Shown: positions 57,201 through 64,000 of the stretch, in pieces | Layout: each line of letters begins with the position of its first letter | Position numbering within the stretch: the stretch's first letter is position 1 | Source: an uncultured Chloroflexia bacterium | Lineage (GTDB): Bacteria; Chloroflexota; Anaerolineae; Anaerolineales; E44-bin32 | Direction: 5' to 3' | NCBI GenBank assembly: GCA_963789825.1 | Contig: CAWBME010000007.1 | Location: forward strand, 175,806-239,805 | DNA: 64,000 bases | Position numbers and translations under genes: made by a program | Notes under the pieces: generated by a model | Database searches by the model: none | Seen by the model: only the letters and a program-made list of their open reading frames with translations | What the model was told of the DNA's origin: nothing

Positions 57201-58598
57201 ATGAGCTACCAGTCCCCCTATTCCGTGCGCTATGGCTCGGAGGAGATGCGGCTGATCTGGGGCGAAACCACCAAGCGCCGGCTCTGGCGGCGCATCTGGG
57301 TTGCCCAGGCTGAGACGCTCGCCGCTGCCGGCTTGGTCGAGGCTGCCGGCTTGGAAGAGTTGAAGGCTCATGTCAACGCCGTCGATCTGGCACAGGCCGC
57401 CGAACTGGAAAGCCGCATCGGACACGACCTGGTCGCTGAGCTGCAGACCTTCGCCCGACAGTGCCCAGTCGGCGGGCGCTACCTGCACTGGGGGTTGACC
57501 TCGGCCGACGTGCTCGACAATGCCGACGTCCTGCTCCAGCGCACTGCCCTCACCCTGCTCAGCGGCCGGTTGCGCGAGGTCCTGCTTGCCCTCGCCGAGC
57601 GCATCGAGGGCACTGCCGATCTGGTCGTTCTCGGCTATACCCACCTGCAACCGGCGGAGCCCACCACGCTTGGCTACCGCCTGGCGGCCGTGGGCCAGGA
57701 GCTGCTCTTTCATGCCCAGCGCCTGAGCAGCCTGCGCAACGGGCTGCGCGGCAAAGGCATCAAGGGTGCTGTCGGCACCGGCGCGCCCTTCGGCGATCTG
57801 CTGGAGAACACCCCGCTCACCCCATCGGAGATGGAATCCCGCATCCTCGACGCGTTGGGCCTCGAGAGCCACCCGGTAACCGGACAGACCTATCCACGCC
57901 TACAGGACCTCGAGCTGCTCTCGGCTTTGGCTGCGCTTGCCGCAACCCTGCATAAGTCGGCCTTCGACCTGCGCCTGATGCAATCCCCCGGCATGCGCAC
58001 GTTGAGCGAGCCCTTCGGTGAGGCTCAGGTCGGATCGAGCGCTATGCCATTCAAGCAGAATCCCGTCCAGTCCGAGAAGGTGTGCTCGCTGGCGCGCCTG
58101 GTGGCCGCCGCGGTGCAGCCTGCTTGGCACAATGCCGCCAGCACACTGCTTGAGCGCACGTTGGACGATTCCGCCAATCGCCGGGTGATGATCCCGGAAA
58201 CCTTCCTGGCGCTTGACGAGATGCTGCTGACCTATGCTGGGATCTTGCGCGGCCTGACCATCGACGCTGCGGGTGCGCAGGCCTGGCTAGCGCAGTTCGG
58301 GCCGTTCGCCGCCATGGAGCGCGTGCTGACCGCCTTGGTCCGGGCAGGCGCCGATCGCCAGGAGATGCACGAGCGCCTGCGCCAGCACAGCCTGGCTGCT
58401 TGGCCGCTCGCCCAGCAGGGGCGCCCCGAGGCCCTGCTCAGCCGGCTGGCGGCCGACACCGCGCTGCTGCGCTACCTCCAGCCGGCTCGGGTCGAACAAC
58501 TGCTTGAGGTGCGCAACTACGTGGGCTGGGCGCCAGAGCGGGCGCGGCAGACCGCAGCCGCGCTGCGAAGCGCCGCCAGCAGGGATCCCCGCGCGTGA
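57201..58598 (+). CDS. purB: adenylosuccinate lyase
   Basis: YSVRYGSEEMRLIWGE...HWGLTSADVLDNA...GSSAMPFKQNP is the fumarate-lyase signature. Confidence 0.9.
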   Translation: MSYQSPYSVRYGSEEMRLIWGETTKRRLWRRIWVAQAETLAAAGLVEAAGLEELKAHVNAVDLAQAAELESRIGHDLVAELQTFARQCPVGGRYLHWGLTSADVLDNADVLLQRTALTLLSGRLREVLLALAERIEGTADLVVLGYTHLQPAEPTTLGYRLAAVGQELLFHAQRLSSLRNGLRGKGIKGAVGTGAPFGDLLENTPLTPSEMESRILDALGLESHPVTGQTYPRLQDLELLSALAALAATLHKSAFDLRLMQSPGMRTLSEPFGEAQVGSSAMPFKQNPVQSEKVCSLARLVAAAVQPAWHNAASTLLERTLDDSANRRVMIPETFLALDEMLLTYAGILRGLTIDAAGAQAWLAQFGPFAAMERVLTALVRAGADRQEMHERLRQHSLAAWPLAQQGRPEALLSRLAADTALLRYLQPARVEQLLEVRNYVGWAPERARQTAAALRSAASRDPRA

Positions 58599-59341
58599 TG
58601 CGGGCGCTCCGCCTGCGCGATTTCACCTTCCTGCTCTTTGCCTTTGCCGTCGGCGCGGCCTGCCTGCGCCTCGGCTTCTGGCAGCTCGATCGACTCGCAG
58701 AACGCCGCCAGGCAAATGCCGAGGTCCGCGCCAAGCAGTCGATGCCGCCCGTCAACCTCAACGCAATGCATGCAGTGACCGCCTCGGATGCCTTCCGCCC
58801 GGCCGAGGCCCGTGGGTCTTTCGACCTCGAGCGCCAGGTGTTGCTCTCCAACCGATCGCTCAACGGCCAGCCCGGCATGCACTGGGTGGTACCGCTCCGG
58901 CTTCAGGGTCGAACCGAGGCCATCCTCGTCGATCGCGGCTGGCTCCCCCTCTCCGAGACCGAGCCAGACCGGCTTGCCAAGCTGCCCTCCTCTGGCACCG
59001 TTGAAATTCGCGGCGTGCTGCTGCCAACCCAGATCGAGCCGCGCTGGGGCTTCATGGCCGATCGCCTGCCGAGCCCTGGCCAGCCCCCTCTGCTCGTCTG
59101 GCGCGTGCTCTCCATTCCCGGCCTCCAGGCACAGACGCCGTATCCCCTGCTGCCGCTGTACCTGGCGGCCGCCGAGCCTCCCTCGGGCTCCCCGCTTCCG
59201 AAGCCAGATGTCGCCATCGACCTGTCGGAAGGATCGCACCTGAGCTACGCGATTCAGTGGTTTGCCTTCTGCGCCATCGCCTGGATCGGGGCAAGCCTGT
59301 ATGCCCGCCGCCGCCTGCGAACGGGCGAGCAAAGACCGTAG
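58595..59341 (+). CDS. SURF1-family protein
   Basis: FAFAVGAACLRLGFWQLDRLAERR...VDRGWLP...HLSYAIQWFAFCAIAWIG is the SURF1/Shy1 pattern. The start overlaps the purB stop. Confidence 0.75.
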   Translation: MMRALRLRDFTFLLFAFAVGAACLRLGFWQLDRLAERRQANAEVRAKQSMPPVNLNAMHAVTASDAFRPAEARGSFDLERQVLLSNRSLNGQPGMHWVVPLRLQGRTEAILVDRGWLPLSETEPDRLAKLPSSGTVEIRGVLLPTQIEPRWGFMADRLPSPGQPPLLVWRVLSIPGLQAQTPYPLLPLYLAAAEPPSGSPLPKPDVAIDLSEGSHLSYAIQWFAFCAIAWIGASLYARRRLRTGEQRP

Positions 59342-59352
59342 GAGCGACAGAG

Positions 59353-60033
59353 ATGCAAGCAACCTTCATCTTGGGGCTGGGCGTGGCACTGATCGATTGG
59401 ATCGCCGTTGCGCGTTCCAACCGTAAGCTGGAGTATCTGGCCAAGCCCACGGTCATGGTTATCCTGATCCTTGGCCTGGTGGTCTACGGCCAGATCCTGC
59501 CGTCGGCGTTGGGCTGGCTGTTCCTGGCAGGCCTGCTGTTCTCCCTGCTCGGCGACGTGCTGTTGATGCTGCCCGCCAATCGCTTCATTCCAGGGCTGCT
59601 CGCCTTCCTCGCGGCGCACGTGCTCTATGTGTTGGCATTCAACCTGGAAGGCTTGGTCCTCACTCTTCCGAGCGCGGCGCTGGCTGTGCTAGTGACGGCC
59701 GTGGCTCTTCCGATCCTGCTGCGTGTGCGCCGAGGGCTGCAAGCCGCCGGGCGGCTCAAGTTGTGGCCGCCAGTCGCGGTCTATGGTGTGGTGCTTGCGG
59801 CGACACTCTGGTCGACGCTGTGTACCTCGCTGCGGCCCAGCTGGCCGGCGACAGCCGCAGCGCTGACCGCGCTCGGCGGCGCGCTGTTCTTTGCCTCGGA
59901 CGCGCTGAACGCATGGGAGCGCTTTGTCAACCGCTTCCCCGGCTCACGCCTGCTCGTCATGATCAGCTACCACCTGGCGCAGTACCTGCTGGCCGCTGGA
60001 GTCGTGCTGGCGGTCGCCGCCGGCGCGGGCTGA
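59353..60033 (+). CDS. YhhN-family lysoplasmalogenase-like membrane protein
   Basis: KLEYLAKPTVMVILILG...FSLLGDVLLM...LLAFLAAHVLYVLAF...GGALFFASDALNAW. Confidence 0.7.
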   Translation: MQATFILGLGVALIDWIAVARSNRKLEYLAKPTVMVILILGLVVYGQILPSALGWLFLAGLLFSLLGDVLLMLPANRFIPGLLAFLAAHVLYVLAFNLEGLVLTLPSAALAVLVTAVALPILLRVRRGLQAAGRLKLWPPVAVYGVVLAATLWSTLCTSLRPSWPATAAALTALGGALFFASDALNAWERFVNRFPGSRLLVMISYHLAQYLLAAGVVLAVAAGAG

Positions 60034-60531
60034 AGCCGGCCCCCTGGCCACCTCGGGCTTGCCCTCTCTGGGCGCCAAGCCGAGGAGTCGGCCGGCGACG
60101 CCCCCATGAAATCTTCTTCCCTCCCCTTGCATGGGGCAGACGGGCAGGACCCAGACCCTGGCAATCTATGGCCCCAACATGGCGAGGACATGACGGGTGG
60201 AGCTCCGCCAATCCACCACAGCCCGCGCTTGGACAGCCTCTGCTCACCGAGCGGCTCGAGGCGCCTTGGACTCGGAGACGAATACGCGGGCATCGGCAGC
60301 AACCAGGCTCCCAGCTGCGACCCTCGGTGTCAGGCACCCAACGCGATTCTCCTGCTGGGCAGCGCGTCGTGCCAATCCCCCTGTCGCGGAGAGTCGGCAA
60401 AATCGGCATCCCTCGCTTGACCCGGCATCGGGATTGAATACCCACATTGCTAGTCCGATTAGGCTATAATTGGCTTCGGCCCGCTAGCTCAGGGGGGTCA
60501 CCGAATTGCATACAGAAGGGATGCGCTCAGT

Positions 60532-60894
60532 ATGTTGACTCTGACTTCCATCATGATCGGAACGAAACAACCGAAAGTGCTGGCTGCCTTCTATGAGAAG
60601 GTTCTCGAGAAGCCCGCGGATATGGTCGTTGAGGACAGCGGTTTCTGGGGATGGCGTGCCGGAAGCGCGTTCATTTCCGTACTGGAGCATTCTGCCATGG
60701 GAGGCAGCGCAAGAGACGCTGGACGCGTGATCTTCAACTTCGAGACCCCGCATGTCAAGTCGGAGTTCGAGAGAATCAAATCCCTTGGCGGGTCCGTCAT
60801 CAAGGAGCCCTATGAGATGGGGGGCGGATGGCTAGCGACCCTGGCTGATCCCGACGGAAACTACTTCCAATTGGTGAGCCCGGAACTGATGTGA
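60532..60894 (+). CDS. VOC/glyoxalase-family protein
   Basis: 120 aa, ...VLAAFYEKVLEKP...FNFETPHVKSEFERIKSLGGSVIKEPYEMGGGWLATLADPDGNYFQLV. TATAAT at 60465-70. GC is visibly lower than the flanks. Confidence 0.75.
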   Translation: MLTLTSIMIGTKQPKVLAAFYEKVLEKPADMVVEDSGFWGWRAGSAFISVLEHSAMGGSARDAGRVIFNFETPHVKSEFERIKSLGGSVIKEPYEMGGGWLATLADPDGNYFQLVSPELM

Positions 60895-61603
60895 CCAGCC
60901 ATCTCGATGGCTCCTGTGCATGCACGGACATGGACGCGATCTGCAAAGGGGTTTCTTGGCCCAGGGAGACCGTCAGGTGAAACGACACATCTCACTTCTG
61001 CCCGACTCATGACACCCATCTCCCAACCGAAGCCGAGCGGGAATCTGCCGCGCGTAGCGCAGATGATCTTGTGCCTACAGACGGTCAGTGCCGACGATCA
61101 CGGTGAGGTTCGTGCTTCTCCTTCTCCTTCACCTCCTTCTTCATCGGAGCCTCTTGCCTAGCGTGAGCCACCCCCGATAGAACAATCAGCAGGTTGTGAT
61201 TCCGCTACGCGAGTGACCTCCACTGACCCCCGATATCCACGACGGTCTTCAGGCTGCCCAACGACTCGCTGTCTGCCAAGGCCGCAGGCCAGGGAAGCTG
61301 ACCCGGCGGGCCGGGCACCCATTGGAGCCCGCCTCACCCGCGGCGTGCCGACGAGTTGGGAGGTACTGCCTCGCTTCCGCCGAGGTGCTTCCCGCGAGGG
61401 GCACGGGACTTCGTAGGTCGAGCCCTCGCTGCCGGGCCATCGCGCTCGAGAGCACGTCCGGTTCTCAACGGGCGATCTGGGTGCTGACCCCATCGCCCTA
61501 GAAGGTTGGAAGAACGACGGCCGGAGAAGTACTGCGGAAGGCGGCGGGGCGGCTCAGACCGGCTGCACCAAAGCGCAGCAAGGGGATTGGACGGAGAGGC
61601 GGA

Positions 61604-63013
61604 TCAGGCGGGTGCAAACACGCGCTGACGCAGGTCGAGCGCCGTGATTTCCGGCGTACGCAGGTAGCCGCCGAGCAGCGGATAGGCCACGCGGATCTGC
61701 TCGGCCAGGTCGAGGGCGAGGCAGCGGATAGAGAAGTGGGCGTTCTCACCGGAACGCAGCTCACAGAAGTGAAATGCCTCGCGCAGATTCATGTTCAGAA
61801 GCACGCGCCGGTAGAAGGCATTCGGCACAATGTACGCCGCCACGGAGGGATTCCAGGCAGCCAGCAATTCGTACGCCTGGCTGGCGTCCGCCATCGCCTC
61901 TCGGTAGCGATCCCCGAACCCCGCCTCATCGAACAGCCTGGGCACGGCGAACCCGAGCCGGGTGGTGAGCGGCTGCGCCACTTGGGTCATCATGCGATGG
62001 CGCTTGAGCTCGAAGTATGAACCCTGATCCGTCGTGGCCTCGACCGTCAGGCCGGCCAGTTCGAGCGCCCGCGGGGCGGCCTCGTGTGCGCCGCGCGCGC
62101 CGAGCAGCGACTCGGCCAGCGCCCGCCGCGCCGCGGGCTCGAGCGAAGTCACTTGCGCAACACAGCTGGCATGGTCTGCGTGTCCCGCGGCATAGGCGAC
62201 CGCTGCCAGGATCCGCGCTTCCCCCCCAGGATCGCAGGCAATCAGTCGCGCCCCCTCGGCGGCGACCAGGCTGGCGGGGATGGCGACATCCGGCGAGAGG
62301 ACGACGGGCTTCGTTTCCCCCGGGTCGGCGTACTTGAGCAGTGTCGGCACCTCGGCTTGACACACCTGCTTGAGCTCGACGGCCAGGGCGCGAACCTCCT
62401 CCAACGGGTGGGCCAGCATCCGGCGCAGGGCAATCTCCAGCACGCGGGCATTGGCCGTCATTCCCACATTGGCGAACACCGCGGCCGGCAACAGGAAGCG
62501 GCAGACGTCGACATAGCGCGAACGGATCCGTCCATCCCAGCGCTCGTCGCTTTCGCCCGGACTGCGCGGGTGCAGCCTCTGCACCACCGGCCGGACGGCC
62601 TCGAGCGATTCGGCATACGCCCGCATCAGCATCGTGCAGACACGCCTCAGCGTCGCCTCGTGCGGTGTGCCGCGCGCTTCCTGCGGCAGATGGAAGCTGT
62701 CCGCCTGCCAAACCTGGTAGCGGGTGGACTTCTCGGTGTAGGAGGCGAGCCGGCTGTGTTCGATCGCCTCGACCGCCAGCCGGGAGACGTTTTCGAAGGC
62801 AACATGCAGCACCGCATGCTCGGCCACCGAAGCATGCCCGTATCCAACGACCCACTTCTCGTGGAATGCTGCCGTGGCAGCGTCGGTCAGTTCGTCGGCG
62901 ATCTCCTTGAAGCTTAGCGGTGAACGCGAGGTCTTGGCGAAGGCGACCGCGATCGTCTCGGGGCTATGCAGTTTGGGATCGAGCAGGTAGACCCTGCGGC
63001 GACGCTCACCCAT
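61604..63013 (-). CDS. thyX: flavin-dependent thymidylate synthase ThyX, two-domain (tandem Thy1) form
   Basis: 470 aa. The first half reads GHASVAEHAVLHVAFENVSRLAVEAIEHSRLASYTEKSTRY. The second half reads GSYFELKRHRMMTQ...REAFHFCELRSGENAHFSIR. Confidence 0.8.
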   Translation of the reverse strand: MGERRRRVYLLDPKLHSPETIAVAFAKTSRSPLSFKEIADELTDAATAAFHEKWVVGYGHASVAEHAVLHVAFENVSRLAVEAIEHSRLASYTEKSTRYQVWQADSFHLPQEARGTPHEATLRRVCTMLMRAYAESLEAVRPVVQRLHPRSPGESDERWDGRIRSRYVDVCRFLLPAAVFANVGMTANARVLEIALRRMLAHPLEEVRALAVELKQVCQAEVPTLLKYADPGETKPVVLSPDVAIPASLVAAEGARLIACDPGGEARILAAVAYAAGHADHASCVAQVTSLEPAARRALAESLLGARGAHEAAPRALELAGLTVEATTDQGSYFELKRHRMMTQVAQPLTTRLGFAVPRLFDEAGFGDRYREAMADASQAYELLAAWNPSVAAYIVPNAFYRRVLLNMNLREAFHFCELRSGENAHFSIRCLALDLAEQIRVAYPLLGGYLRTPEITALDLRQRVFAPA

Positions 63014-63956
63014 GGTCGCCCACCTCGGAGGCCAGCATCGCCCGCGCCCGGCCGATGTCACGCGCGATCTGCTCCAGCAGCGCCTCCGGGCCGTTGAAGC
63101 GACGCTCATCCCGCAGGCGCTCGATGAACACCAGGCGCATTTCCTGGTCGTACAGATCATGGTCGAAATCCAGCAGGTGGGCTTCGATGATCGGCCTCGG
63201 CGTATCTTCTTCGAACGTCGGGCGGAAGCCGATGTTGGTCACCGATGGCCAGCGCTTCCCCGCCACCTCAGCCCAGCAGGCATACACGCCGCCTCCCGGA
63301 TAGGCGCGCTCGTCCCAGATCTCCAGGTTGGCGGTCGGGATGCCCAACCGCCGCCCTCGGCCGGCGCCGCGCATCACTCTGCCAGGGATGATGAGCGGCC
63401 GCCCGAGGTAGCGCCGAACGCGGGCAACGTCCCCCGAACGCAACGATTCCCGTACGCGGGTCGAACTCACCACTTCGCCATCGATCTGCAGCGGAGGGAT
63501 GACCTCCACCTGGAAGCCACCCTCAAGGCTGTGCTGCTCAAGGAAGTGGCGGGTTCCCTCCCGGCCGTGTCCGAGGGCGAAGTCCTCGCCGATGAACAGC
63601 CGGCGCATGCGCAGCTCAGTCAGCATGCGCTGCAGGAAGTCCGAGGCTGTGACCGCAGCCAGCGCCTGGTCGAAGCGCAGGGAGATCACGTGATCGGCGC
63701 CCTGGAGGTGGAGAAGCTGCGCCTTCTCCTCCACGGTCGTGATGTACAGCGCCGGCTGGCGACCGCGCAGCACGACCGACGGGTGCGGGAAGAACGTGAC
63801 CACGACTGCCGGCGCGGCCTCGGCGCGGGCCGAGGCGACCATCGCCTCGATCAACCGGGCGTGCCCCAGATGCACCCCGTCGAAGGAGCCCATGGTGACA
63901 TGGCTGGGAGCCAGGCGGAGCGCCGCATACTCCTGGAACGTCGTCAGCAGGGTCAT
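63006..63956 (-). CDS. ribF: bifunctional riboflavin kinase / FMN adenylyltransferase
   Basis: VTMGSFDGVHLGHARLI...TFFPHP...GRVMRGAGRGRRLGIPTANL...EAHLLDFDHDLYDQEMRLVFIERLRDE. It overlaps the thyX start by 8 nt. Confidence 0.9.
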   Translation of the reverse strand: MTLLTTFQEYAALRLAPSHVTMGSFDGVHLGHARLIEAMVASARAEAAPAVVVTFFPHPSVVLRGRQPALYITTVEEKAQLLHLQGADHVISLRFDQALAAVTASDFLQRMLTELRMRRLFIGEDFALGHGREGTRHFLEQHSLEGGFQVEVIPPLQIDGEVVSSTRVRESLRSGDVARVRRYLGRPLIIPGRVMRGAGRGRRLGIPTANLEIWDERAYPGGGVYACWAEVAGKRWPSVTNIGFRPTFEEDTPRPIIEAHLLDFDHDLYDQEMRLVFIERLRDERRFNGPEALLEQIARDIGRARAMLASEVGDHG

Positions 63957-64000
63957 CTACGGGACAAAGACCTTATGCGGATGCCAGCTACTCCCGTCCG
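63957..64000 (-). CDS. 3' end of an upstream gene (only 14 codons in window)
   Basis: The minus frame reads ...DGSSWHPHKVFVP-TAG, with the stop abutting the ribF ATG. The identity cannot be determined from this fragment. Confidence 0.3.
   Translation of the reverse strand, partial: DGSSWHPHKVFVP

Noticed and set aside
56277-57872. 531-aa minus-strand ORF
   Set aside because: It is antisense to the methyltransferase and purB genes, both of which have unambiguous motifs. Its composition is not protein-like.

Overview
High-GC (roughly 65%) bacterial chromosomal window. It is densely coding and mostly core metabolism and housekeeping; I cannot assign a taxon. I found no clearly novel multi-gene system, and no CRISPR array, intact mobile element or rRNA. 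Minus-strand blocks: (i) rpiB-tkt-esterase-patatin; (ii) moaC, a moaD/moaE fusion, thrC, fabF, rnc, smc, tRNA-Leu, an ftsB-like gene, initiator-like tRNA; (iii) ribF-thyX. Plus-strand blocks: (i) tRNA-Pro then lutABC; (ii) PIG-L deacetylase, GH4 hydrolase, PfkB kinase, GNAT-like protein; (iii) CoA-transferase A/B and a class III aminotransferase; (iv) rpmF, fabD, flippase-like protein, histidine-kinase-like sensor, two LCP genes, Xer-like protein; (v) era, DNA methyltransferase, purB, SURF1, YhhN. Four tRNAs are present: Pro-GGG, a CAT tRNA of Ile2/Met type, an initiator-like CAT tRNA, and Leu-CAG. The dominant caveat is that about 20 reading-frame breaks interrupt otherwise recognisable genes, including smc, hemW, fabL and lutB. 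These look more like assembly indels than biology, so all frame-based calls are provisional. Items most worth a second look: a mosaic of repeated sensor-gene fragments and tandem ~102-105 bp repeats (nt 550-2120); a PD-(D/E)xK-like protein with a Cys cluster; a ~1 kb ORF-poor gap upstream of tRNA-Pro; a kinase-like sensor with Gln in place of the phospho-accepting His; a tyrosine-recombinase-like protein lacking the catalytic Tyr; a MoaD-MoaE fusion translationally coupled to thrC; a two-domain ThyX with complementary motif loss; and an orphan SPPY methyltransferase coupled to era.
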